The notes: generated by a model from the letters alone, not told the origin. Counted from the stretch's first letter, positions 16,820-24,860 are shown. The stretch is 46,897 nt of DNA from an uncultured Candidatus Saccharibacteria bacterium (GCA_964360605.1 CAYHXN010000003.1:1-46897); one strand, 5' to 3'. Translations and numbers: made by a program.

Positions 16820-19800
16820 ATGATAACTAATATATTAAATAGAAAGATAAGCAATAAAATACTGGCAGGCATTATTTTGCTATTGGGAGTTCTTATAAGC
16901 TTTTCAATTATTCAAGTTCAGGCCGCTACCAATGATTCTGTAATTAGTTTTAAAAAAGATCCGACTTCTAATCTTTTTACGCTAACTATAAAAGATCCGG
17001 ATGGAATACAAGAGTTCTCCTTGAGTCCGGTGGGAAAGTTTCCCTACGGCGGGGGACTAAGCGGTTGTCCCAAAACATTCAGCATCAATAACACCTCCTT
17101 TGCCAACCCCGATGATTTTACTCCGGTAATGCCGGCATATATTATTGATTGCAAAAACAACACTCTGAATCTGGAAATTCCACCGCCTGAAGATGGTGTA
17201 ACTAAGAGTCGGGCTATTCAAAAAGAGGAACCGCTACCGCCCCCTCCACTGCCGCCACAAAAACCCAAAGAAGAAAAACCAGCGGAAGAGCGCACTCTTA
17301 GCGACGTACAATATCCAGTTAAGGACTTGGGTGATTGTCAAAACGAAGCAGAATGCCGCAGTTACTGCGATAATTCCGAACACACCAAAGAATGTTTGGC
17401 TTTTGCTAAAAAATACAATCTTTTATCTGACGAGGAAATTAAAGAAGTAACTGATGAGTTTTTAAACGTTAAAAATGGTCCCGGCGGATGCAATTCGGGG
17501 ACTTCCTGTGAGGCTTATTGCAGTAATATTGATCACTTAGACGAATGCATCACTTTTGCGGAAGAAACCGGTTATTATTCTGGCGATGAACTTGCTGAAG
17601 CCCGAAAATTCCAGGCTCTGGTAAAAAGCGGCAAGCAATTCCCGGGCGATTGCAAAGACAGAAATACTTGCGAAATTTATTGCGGCGATTCAAGCCACAT
17701 GGAAGAATGTTTGGATTTTGCGGAAGAAACCGGATTTATGTCACAAGAAGAAATTGATCAGGCAAGAAAAGTCATGCCTTTGATGCAACGCGGCGAAACA
17801 CCCGGGGGATGTAATTCTAAAGAGCAATGCGAAAAGTATTGCTTTGAAGAAGAACATCTTGAGGAATGTATCGCTTTTGCTGACAAAGCCGGACTTCTTT
17901 CCGATGAAGAAAGGGAAATGATTAAAAAAACCGGCGGTAAAGGACCCGGTGGTTGCCGCAGTAAAGATCAGTGCGAATCTTATTGCGAAGCCAACCAAGA
18001 AGAGTGCTTCAATTGGGCGATTGAAAATGACTTGATGAGCGAGACTGATTTACAAAAAATGCGCGAGGGCATGACTCGCTTTAAAGAAGAGTTGGATAAA
18101 ATTCCGCCAGAGGTTGTTCAGTGTCTTAAAGACGCCATTGGAGAAGAAAATTTCAACAGATTGGCAAATGGGCAGCCGGTATTTGATCGCAGTATGGAAA
18201 GCAAAATGAAATCCTGCTTCAACCAAATAACTTCCCAATTGAGTGGACAACTTAATGCTCTTCCACCGGAAGCAGCCGAGTGCATCAAGAACACTATCGG
18301 TGAAGATGGTCTGGAAAAACTCCAAAGTGGGGAATTTGATGAGGATGTGGATTTCCATAGTTTAGAAAGTTGTTTCCAACAATTGCAAACTTCATTTGGC
18401 GGACCGGGCGCTTTTGGAGGACCGGGTGGTTGTCAATCTGAAGAAGAATGCCAAGCTTATTGCGAATCTAACCAAGAAGAATGTCAGGAGTTTGGACCGC
18501 CAGGCGGCGGCGGTTTACCCGGTGGTCCGGGCGGTTTTTCCGGCCCAGGAGGATGTAATTCAATTGAGTCATGTACTGCTTTTTGCCAAGAAGATCCCGA
18601 GGAGTGCCAAAACTTTACTCCTCCGGATGAAGGTCCGGGCGGTGGATTCCCGGGCGGTCCGGGTGGCTGCACTAGCCAAGAAGAATGCCAAGAATACTGT
18701 CAAGAACACCCTACTGAATGCGAAGGTGAAAGAAATAACAATGATACCGAAAGCGAGGAAGAATTCTCGGCCTGTGTTCGTGATGGTATGGCAGAGGAGT
18801 ATGTTTGCGGAATAAATGGTAGGGGCGCTGAACCCGGAATTGAAACAACTTACTTTAATGAGTGCCACGCGAAACAACATGACGTGCAAATTCTCCATGA
18901 TGGTATTTGTAAAAATCATAAACCTTGTTCAGATATTGCTCACCCTGTTTGCGGTAGAGACAACGGAACTTATGTGGCCGAATGTTACGCTAAGGAAAAT
19001 GGCACGGAGGTGAAGCACGAGGGCGTTTGCACGAACGAAGATTTTGACGGGAATGTTCCGAGTGAATGCACGAATCAGGAAGAATGTCAGGCTTATTGTC
19101 AAACCCATTACACCGATCCTGCCTGCGGTGGTACGCCGCCGTCTCCAACTCAAAGTTGCGCTCCACTACCTTCCGGCTTAGTCAGTTGGTTGGACGATGA
19201 TACTTTATCAGATGCTAGCGGTGGCGGCGTCACTCTTGCTCCAGGAAAAGTCGGGCAGGCGTTAAAGTTTGACGGAGTCGGCGGATACGTTAACGATGAA
19301 AATCCTGCGAATTTAAATTTTGGAGCTGGACCGTTTTCCTTAGAGGCTTGGATTAATTGGGATGGCGGCGGATCCTCTAAGGGTAATATCATCAGAAAAT
19401 CAAATTATCCCGTAAGCGGCGATGGAGCGGGTTATTGGCTGATTATAGGTAAAGATAATAGTATATTAGAATTTTTTGCAGGAGAAACTGTTGGCAACGC
19501 GGGCAAATCTAGAGGAAGGGTTTCTGCGCCGATAAGTTCAGGAACTTGGTATTACGTCGCTGCCACAAGAAATAGTTCCGGCTTAATGAGTCTGTACATA
19601 GATGGCCAATTAAAAGGTACTGCCGAAGCCGCAGGCGCTAACACAACTAGCGAAGCTCCGTTCACGCTTGGAGCGTGGGATGATCGATTCGGCATTACAG
19701 AGATGTTCTCGGGCTTGATTGATGAAGTTTCCGTATACAATAAATCACTAAGCACGTCAGAAATTCAAGCTATTTTCAATGCGGGCAACGCCGGTAAGTG

Positions 19801-20056
19801 CTCTAATGAATCGCAACAACAATATCCAGTTCCAGATCAAAATCAATATCAGGAAAAATATCAAAAACAATACGAAGAACAATATCAGCAATACCAACAA
19901 TACCCGACCGGCCCCTCTAATTACCCAACGTCTCCGGAAGAATATTGCAAACAATATCCGGAAAAATGCCAGGGCTATCCGCCCCAATCACGATTGAATC
20001 CGCCAGCACTAGGAGAATTATCGGTTGGATTACTCTTAAACTTTTTGGAAAGATAA
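16820..20056 (+). CDS. large secreted/surface protein: about nine CxxxxxCxxYC..EC repeats, two Kazal-like domains, a LamG/ConA-like domain and a Q/Y-rich tail
   Basis: Signal-like N-terminus (ILAGIILLLGVLISFSIIQVQA). Repeats of the type PGGCNSxxxCExYCxxxxHxEECxxFA. Kazal-like PVCGRDNGTYVAECYA...GVC. LamG-like GQALKFDG...FSLEAWINW...LYIDG...IDEVSVYNKSLS. Confidence 0.85.
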   Translation: MITNILNRKISNKILAGIILLLGVLISFSIIQVQAATNDSVISFKKDPTSNLFTLTIKDPDGIQEFSLSPVGKFPYGGGLSGCPKTFSINNTSFANPDDFTPVMPAYIIDCKNNTLNLEIPPPEDGVTKSRAIQKEEPLPPPPLPPQKPKEEKPAEERTLSDVQYPVKDLGDCQNEAECRSYCDNSEHTKECLAFAKKYNLLSDEEIKEVTDEFLNVKNGPGGCNSGTSCEAYCSNIDHLDECITFAEETGYYSGDELAEARKFQALVKSGKQFPGDCKDRNTCEIYCGDSSHMEECLDFAEETGFMSQEEIDQARKVMPLMQRGETPGGCNSKEQCEKYCFEEEHLEECIAFADKAGLLSDEEREMIKKTGGKGPGGCRSKDQCESYCEANQEECFNWAIENDLMSETDLQKMREGMTRFKEELDKIPPEVVQCLKDAIGEENFNRLANGQPVFDRSMESKMKSCFNQITSQLSGQLNALPPEAAECIKNTIGEDGLEKLQSGEFDEDVDFHSLESCFQQLQTSFGGPGAFGGPGGCQSEEECQAYCESNQEECQEFGPPGGGGLPGGPGGFSGPGGCNSIESCTAFCQEDPEECQNFTPPDEGPGGGFPGGPGGCTSQEECQEYCQEHPTECEGERNNNDTESEEEFSACVRDGMAEEYVCGINGRGAEPGIETTYFNECHAKQHDVQILHDGICKNHKPCSDIAHPVCGRDNGTYVAECYAKENGTEVKHEGVCTNEDFDGNVPSECTNQEECQAYCQTHYTDPACGGTPPSPTQSCAPLPSGLVSWLDDDTLSDASGGGVTLAPGKVGQALKFDGVGGYVNDENPANLNFGAGPFSLEAWINWDGGGSSKGNIIRKSNYPVSGDGAGYWLIIGKDNSILEFFAGETVGNAGKSRGRVSAPISSGTWYYVAATRNSSGLMSLYIDGQLKGTAEAAGANTTSEAPFTLGAWDDRFGITEMFSGLIDEVSVYNKSLSTSEIQAIFNAGNAGKCSNESQQQYPVPDQNQYQEKYQKQYEEQYQQYQQYPTGPSNYPTSPEEYCKQYPEKCQGYPPQSRLNPPALGELSVGLLLNFLER

Positions 20057-20060
20057 ACTT

Positions 20061-20098
20061 AAAACCTCCTTAATGTTACATCGGGGAGGTTTTATTTT
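20061..20098 (+). terminator. intrinsic terminator after the large surface protein gene
   Basis: AAAACCTCC-loop-GGAGGTTTT followed by ATTTTGT. Confidence 0.65.
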
Positions 20099-20099
20099 G

Positions 20100-20171
20100 T
20101 GCCCTCGCCCCGACTCGAACGGGGAATAACAGGTTCGAAGCCTGTCGTGATATCCATTTCACCACGAGGGC
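20100..20171 (-). tRNA. tRNA-Arg (anticodon TCG), no encoded CCA
   Basis: Manual cloverleaf: GCCCTCG / ACAGG-CTTCGAA-CCTGT / CCCCG-TTCGAGT-CGGGG / CGAGGGC-A. Confidence 0.88.
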
Positions 20172-20246
20172 AATATCGCTTATTATAATATAGTAAAGAT
20201 GGAAAAATTTGAAGCTAGTTTTTCGCCAGAAGAAAAATAAAGGTTT

Positions 20247-21806
20247 ATGGAAATTCCTAAAGAAATAGAATCCGTCAGTAAAAAAATCGCCGAAGCGGGC
20301 TTTGAGTCCTATTTAGTGGGCGGATGTGTCCGGGATTATTTATTGGATAAAAAACCCAAAGATTGGGATTTTACCACCAATGCCAAGCCGGAAGAAATTT
20401 TAAAAATTTTTCCCGATAGCGTTTATGAAAATCAATTCGGCACCGTCGGCGTTAAAACCCGATCAGAAAATTCCGCCACGGCTTTAGTGGAAGTTACGAC
20501 TTTCCGTAAAGAAGGAAAATACACTGACAAACGGCATCCCGATGAAATAACTTTCGCCAAAACCGTTGAGGAAGATCTTTCACGAAGAGATTTTACGGTG
20601 AACGCGATAGCTATAGAGTTAACAAGCGACCACCGCCAAGGCGGGGCAGGCAAGCGACAAGCGACAAGTAATAAAACCCGCGCCCATGTCGCTACGCCCA
20701 TGTCGCTGATTGACCCGTTTGGCGGGCAAAAAGATTTGGAGAAAAAAATCATCCGCGCGGTGGGAAACGCTGATGAAAGATTTAAAGAAGACGCCCTCCG
20801 ATTGATGCGCGCTGTTCGTTTTTCCGCCCAATTAGGTTTTGAAATTGAAAAAGATACCGCCAGCGCCGCGGAAAAAAATGCTGGTCTTTTGGAATTTATC
20901 GCTAAAGAACGGATTGCCGAGGAACTTTCTAAATTATTAATGACCGAAAATGCCGCCGATGGCATCCGCAGAATGTCCAAACTGGGACTATTAAAATATG
21001 TTGTTCCGGAATTAGAAGAAGGCGTGGAGATGGAGCAAAATAAGCACCATATTTACACGGTTTTTGAACACAATGTTCGGGCGCTGGACTATGCCGCCCA
21101 ACAAAATTTTCCGCTGGAATTGCGAATCGCTTCATTGCTCCACGACGTTGGAAAGCCTCGGACTCGCGTTTTTAAATCTGACTCGCGCGGCGCCAAAACT
21201 TATCGGGGCAAAAAAGGCGATTGGACTTTCTACCAACACCAGTATGCTGGCGAAAAAATGGCGGTGGAAATTCTGGACCGCCTGAAATTTCCTAAAAAAA
21301 TGATTGAAGAAATCGCCCTTTTAGTTCGCGAACACATGTTTGTTTATGACCCGGAGTTAGTTACGGAAAAAGGAGTGCGCCGATTGGTAAATCGCGTGGG
21401 ACCAGAAAATATTGATAATTTATTTTCCGTTCGCGAAGCCGACCGGATTGGTTCCGGAGTCGCCAAGGCCGTTCCTTACCGCCTGCGGCACCTCAAAGCA
21501 ATGATTGAAAAAGTGAAAAAAGATCCGATCAGCGTCAAAATGTTGAAGGTGAACGGTAATGATGTAATCAAAGAATTAAAAATTGAACCCGGTCCGAAGG
21601 TTGGCCAGATTTTGAGTATTTTATTGGAGGAAACTTTAGATAATCCGAAGTTAAACGAAAAAGAAAAATTAATCAAAAAAATTCATGAATTAAACAAGTT
21701 CTCGGAAAAAGAACTACAAAAAATGATGGCAGCCGCGAAAAAGAAAGCGGCGAATGTCCAAAAAAGAATTGACGAAGAGGTAATGAAGAAGTATTTTGTG
21801 AAGTAA
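20247..21806 (+). CDS. cca: CCA-adding tRNA nucleotidyltransferase with an HD domain
   Basis: GGCVRDYLL, DWDFTT and RRDFTVNA head-domain motifs, an HD region (LLHDVGKP), and a C-terminal extension. Confidence 0.85.
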   Translation: MEIPKEIESVSKKIAEAGFESYLVGGCVRDYLLDKKPKDWDFTTNAKPEEILKIFPDSVYENQFGTVGVKTRSENSATALVEVTTFRKEGKYTDKRHPDEITFAKTVEEDLSRRDFTVNAIAIELTSDHRQGGAGKRQATSNKTRAHVATPMSLIDPFGGQKDLEKKIIRAVGNADERFKEDALRLMRAVRFSAQLGFEIEKDTASAAEKNAGLLEFIAKERIAEELSKLLMTENAADGIRRMSKLGLLKYVVPELEEGVEMEQNKHHIYTVFEHNVRALDYAAQQNFPLELRIASLLHDVGKPRTRVFKSDSRGAKTYRGKKGDWTFYQHQYAGEKMAVEILDRLKFPKKMIEEIALLVREHMFVYDPELVTEKGVRRLVNRVGPENIDNLFSVREADRIGSGVAKAVPYRLRHLKAMIEKVKKDPISVKMLKVNGNDVIKELKIEPGPKVGQILSILLEETLDNPKLNEKEKLIKKIHELNKFSEKELQKMMAAAKKKAANVQKRIDEEVMKKYFVK

Positions 21807-21811
21807 TACTA

Positions 21812-21882
21812 CGGAGCGTAGTGTAATGGCAGCACGAGTCCTTCGGGAGGATTTAGTCGCGGTTCAAATCCGCGCGCTCCGA
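21812..21882 (+). tRNA. tRNA-Pro (anticodon CGG), no encoded CCA
   Basis: Manual cloverleaf: CGGAGCG / AGTCC-TTCGGGA-GGATT / CGCGG-TTCAAAT-CCGCG / CGCTCCG-A. C1-G72 is typical of bacterial tRNA-Pro. Confidence 0.88.
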
Positions 21883-21943
21883 CAGTTAGGTACAAAGTTC
21901 GAATCCTGGGCAACCGACTCCGGCATGATACACTAAAGAATAA

Positions 21944-22801
21944 ATGCCGGGGGTTCAATGCCGCAACTGTAAGAAAATTTTTTTTAAATCCCGAAATAGA
22001 TTTAATGAGAATAAAAAATTGGGATATAATTTTTATTGCTCGATTTTTTGCCAAGGCAAATCATTTAGAAGACGATCGGAATTTATTTGTGAAAATACAA
22101 AGTGTAGAAAAAAATTTGAAAAATTAAGAAAAGAAATTGGCCCGCACAACTATTGTTCCACAAGCTGTGCGGCGATTGTCAACAATCAGAAATTCCCTAA
22201 ATGGAGACCGAAATTAAAGTTGTGTAAGGTATGCGAAAAACAATTTAGGGGCGGTAATAAATATTGTTCCATTCCTTGCTACAAACAATCCCGTGTAAGA
22301 CATGAACCAGACGACTTACTTAAACAGATAAAGTTTGTCTATAAAAAATTCGGTCGGGTTCCGGCAAGACGGGAAGTTCCTAATATAGACGGCGCTTGCA
22401 GATATGCCTTTGGCACATGGAATAATGCCATTGTCGCTGCCGGCTTAACTCCCAATCGTTCTCACGAAAATAGAATGTATAAACGCACTATAACTAAAGC
22501 TAAGGATGGCCATTTTTGCGACTCTATTTCTGAGGCTCTTATTGATAATTGGCTCGAAGAACGCAATATTAAACATGAGAAAAATGTTAAATATCCTAAT
22601 AGTGGGCACGTAGCAGATTGGAAAGTAGGAAATTTTTTTGTTGAATACTTCGGTTTAGCTAAAGATAGTCCTAGGTATGATAGAAACGTGAAAATCAAAC
22701 AAAAACTTTGTAAAAGATCTGGAATAAAATTAATTGAAATCTATCCCACAGATCTATATCCTAAATTAAACTTGAGTGCTAAATTGCGAAGTTTTTTCTA
22801 A
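21944..22801 (+). CDS. multi-CxxC protein with a C-terminal endonuclease-like region (weak resemblance to Vsr/PD-(D/E)xK; possibly homing-endonuclease related)
   Basis: Four or more CxxC pairs at the N-terminus. Middle segment FGRVPARREV..ACRYAFGTWNNAIVAAGL. C-terminal SISEALIDNWLEERNIKHEKNVKYP..ADWKVGNFFVEYFG. Assignment by eye only. Confidence 0.5.
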   Translation: MPGVQCRNCKKIFFKSRNRFNENKKLGYNFYCSIFCQGKSFRRRSEFICENTKCRKKFEKLRKEIGPHNYCSTSCAAIVNNQKFPKWRPKLKLCKVCEKQFRGGNKYCSIPCYKQSRVRHEPDDLLKQIKFVYKKFGRVPARREVPNIDGACRYAFGTWNNAIVAAGLTPNRSHENRMYKRTITKAKDGHFCDSISEALIDNWLEERNIKHEKNVKYPNSGHVADWKVGNFFVEYFGLAKDSPRYDRNVKIKQKLCKRSGIKLIEIYPTDLYPKLNLSAKLRSFF

Positions 22802-22813
22802 TTCCTATCAGCC

Positions 22814-22840
22814 CGACAAAAAAACCGCCGGTGGGCGGTT
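22814..22840 (-). terminator. hairpin terminator
   Basis: AACCGCC-ggtg-GGCGGTT followed on the minus strand by TTTTTGTC. Confidence 0.6.
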
Positions 22841-22849
22841 CAATGCGGG

Positions 22850-23467
22850 TTACTCAATAGTTTTTATTCTGAAAAGGAGATAGGCGGATGCTCTTTCCGG
22901 CTGGGAATTTAAAGGACTTATTTTCTGACTAAAGAAGTAATAGGTTTCGTTAGTCCAGTATATGACTTGGTCAAAGTATTTCCTTATAATCCTTTTGCTA
23001 GTAACCTTATAAAGAAAAAGGTAGTTCTGGAGAGAGCTGTCGTTATCAAGTATCGGGTCTTTCATAAAATCTAAATTGAATTTTTCATCAATAGAAAAGT
23101 CCGGACGATTTAAAAAATTCTTAAGTTTTAAAAATCTTATTCCGCTTTTTATCAGTTCCATGACTTCTGAATCGGTAAGCGGGATTCCTTTATCCAAAGA
23201 ATTAAAAATTAAAACTTCCGTGTCTAAAATTTCTATATTTAAAAGCACTGCCTGCTCAAAAATTTCCTCGCGCTGGCTTTCGGGAAGCTCCATTATGGCC
23301 TGATAAAATCCTTCTTCGCTATTATATTTATTTTTTACAACATTAACTTCAGCTTGATTTCCAGAAAAAGAATAAAGGCCGTAAAGGTTGTATAAGAAAA
23401 AGCTAAGAGAAAAAATAAAAGCTATAAACAAAACCGCGGTCAGAATATTTTTGGCCACCGCTTCCAC
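22850..23467 (-). CDS. hypothetical membrane-anchored protein
   Basis: Track ORF with an N-terminal TM helix. No motif recognised. Confidence 0.5.
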   Translation of the reverse strand: MEAVAKNILTAVLFIAFIFSLSFFLYNLYGLYSFSGNQAEVNVVKNKYNSEEGFYQAIMELPESQREEIFEQAVLLNIEILDTEVLIFNSLDKGIPLTDSEVMELIKSGIRFLKLKNFLNRPDFSIDEKFNLDFMKDPILDNDSSLQNYLFLYKVTSKRIIRKYFDQVIYWTNETYYFFSQKISPLNSQPERASAYLLFRIKTIE

Positions 23468-23496
23468 TTTGAAACAGCTAAGGTTAGAATAGGAAA

Positions 23497-23823
23497 ATGA
23501 AATTTATTTTTCAAGACCCGCGAAAAAACAAGAATTTGCCGGCGCGACTTCGGGAAGCGGGGTACCGATTTGAAAGGCAGGCAAGCCCGGAAGAAATGGT
23601 TTTCATAAAAGGTTTTGAGGGAGCGGATTTTCCCCGCTGGCATCTTTACGCCAAGGAAATTTCCGGCAGCTGGGAATTGAATCTTCACTTGGACCAGAAG
23701 CGTCCGATTTATCGCGGCACATCCGCTCATGGAGGAGAATACGAGGGGCCGTTGGTAAAAAAAGAGTTACAACGCCTTCAAAATATTTTAAATCCGTTGC
23801 CGGATTTAGAAATTACGGAATAG
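23497..23823 (+). CDS. hypothetical 108-aa protein
   Basis: Track ORF. No motif recognised. Confidence 0.45.
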   Translation: MKFIFQDPRKNKNLPARLREAGYRFERQASPEEMVFIKGFEGADFPRWHLYAKEISGSWELNLHLDQKRPIYRGTSAHGGEYEGPLVKKELQRLQNILNPLPDLEITE

Positions 23824-23844
23824 ATCTAACGAAAATACGCCCTA

Positions 23845-23872
23845 TTGACAAATTCTGTGGGGTTGCTATAAT
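23845..23872 (+). promoter_or_regulatory. near-consensus sigma70 promoter TTGACA-N16-TATAAT
   Basis: TTGACA at 23845-23850 and TATAAT at 23867-23872. A leader of about 105 nt runs to the 23984 ATG. Confidence 0.65.
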
Positions 23873-23983
23873 GGGCGCAGAACCTAAATAATACACGCTC
23901 GTTAGTATTGGAGTGGCTTTAAGGTAGGGCATAAGCCTTGCCGCCCTCTAAGCGAGTGACGTTTACCAAAGAAGGAGAGACCT

Positions 23984-24712
23984 ATGAAGGTACCCGAAGT
24001 CAATCCGACCCCTTTCGACCCGGACATGACGATGGCTCTGGAGGAAATGGGTCAGCGGGGCTTCTCTTTGGAGCCCAAAGAGGGCTTCCAAGTGCGGCGG
24101 ACAAGCGTCGCCGCCCACAACTGGCTCAGGACCCAGAAGCTGGGAAGAGATTGGGCCACTCGTGACTCGATCCTCTGGAATGTCCTGATCCTCATGGCCT
24201 GCAAGGCTAAGGGTCGGACCATCAATCTGGAAGAGGTCAAGGGACTTTACCTCCAGCGCTCGGCCGCGCTCGACAAACAGAAAGTCGAGCACGACGAAAT
24301 GGTTCAGCGACGACCGGACCCGGACGCCGGAGACGGCGAGGTCACCTGCACCGTGACGGACCGAAAGTTCGTCCCGATGGTCTGGAACCGGACCGTGGAC
24401 GGAAAAGTTCTCCTCCACGAGAACGGCCCCCGACAGGGTGAGCCGAAGCTCGGGGGAAACTTCCTGCCCTCCAAGGACGGGGAGCCGAAGCCGATCAGCC
24501 GCGAAGGCCTCAATCAGATCAACGACGAGCTGATGAAGAGGGAAGAACCTCGGGAGAGGTCGTTCTCCTACTCGGAGGCGAAACATCTCTCCGCTGGCCA
24601 CGTCGAGCGCAAAGCTCGCGTGGAGAAGGTCGTCGGTTTCATCCCGGAGCGGAAGCGCCGGGGCGATGGCGGCTACCAGGGCGATTCCCGGTCTACGCGG
24701 CACATCCGCTAG
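23984..24712 (+). CDS. hypothetical protein encoded by a GC-rich (about 60-70%) cassette
   Basis: GAAGGAGAG SD 4 nt upstream of the ATG. Own promoter and terminator. The antisense ORF 23963-24703 is judged a GC-rich shadow. Confidence 0.6.
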   Translation: MKVPEVNPTPFDPDMTMALEEMGQRGFSLEPKEGFQVRRTSVAAHNWLRTQKLGRDWATRDSILWNVLILMACKAKGRTINLEEVKGLYLQRSAALDKQKVEHDEMVQRRPDPDAGDGEVTCTVTDRKFVPMVWNRTVDGKVLLHENGPRQGEPKLGGNFLPSKDGEPKPISREGLNQINDELMKREEPRERSFSYSEAKHLSAGHVERKARVEKVVGFIPERKRRGDGGYQGDSRSTRHIR

Positions 24713-24730
24713 TAGCCCAAAACAACAATG

Positions 24731-24765
24731 CCCCGTCCGTCAACCGACGGACGGGGCCTCTTTTT
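24731..24765 (+). terminator. strong intrinsic terminator of the right GC-rich gene
   Basis: 11-bp stem CCCCGTCCGTC-aacc-GACGGACGGGG, then CCTCTTTTT. Confidence 0.8.
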
Positions 24766-24804
24766 AAAATTTAAAACGGAGAACTTGGCCCTTGATTCAT
24801 GATT

Positions 24805-24860
24805 TCCCGCCACCGATTCAATAATTTTTCAGAAGGCGGGATCCCGCCAACGGCGGGACA
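24805..24860. repeat. CCCGCC/GGCGGG double-hairpin repeat, right copy
   Basis: TCCCGCCAC-N17-AGAAGGCGGGATCCCGCCAACGGCGGGACA. Its reverse complement matches 13021-13076 (30-bp and 9-bp perfect blocks). Confidence 0.9.

Noticed and set aside
17741-19987. Multiple 60-140-aa ORFs on both strands inside the giant surface protein gene.
   Set aside because: They lie in alternative frames of a long, clearly domain-structured ORF, and their repetitive composition explains the open frames.
21897-21925. T-arm-like GTTCGAATCC...CCGA just downstream of tRNA-Pro, as a duplicated att site.
   Set aside because: Only about 14 of 24 positions match the tRNA-Pro 3' end, and no complementary T stem is present. 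It lies 15 nt from the tRNA, so it does not bracket an element. I keep it only as weak supporting context for the island.
21809-22054. 81-aa minus-strand ORF.
   Set aside because: It overlaps tRNA-Pro and the start of the plus-strand 21944 gene, and the translation is low-complexity.
23963-24703. 246-aa minus-strand ORF covering the right GC-rich cassette.
   Set aside because: It almost exactly mirrors the plus-strand ORF, as expected for GC-rich DNA. It has no SD, promoter or terminator, whereas the plus-strand ORF has all three.
13154-24712. DGR target/template pair, or integron cassettes with attC, for the two GC-rich genes.
   Set aside because: There is no reverse transcriptase or integrase in the window, and I saw no nucleotide similarity between the two ORFs (no TR/VR pair). 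The shared repeat lacks the RYYYAAC/GTTRRRY core sites of attC.
13021-24860. Interpretation of the inverted repeats as ends of a composite transposon or ICE.
   Set aside because: The interior holds three tRNAs, cca and yraN, and contains no transposase or integrase. The repeats are better explained as the conserved 3' flank of two oppositely oriented cassettes, although an invertible segment remains possible.
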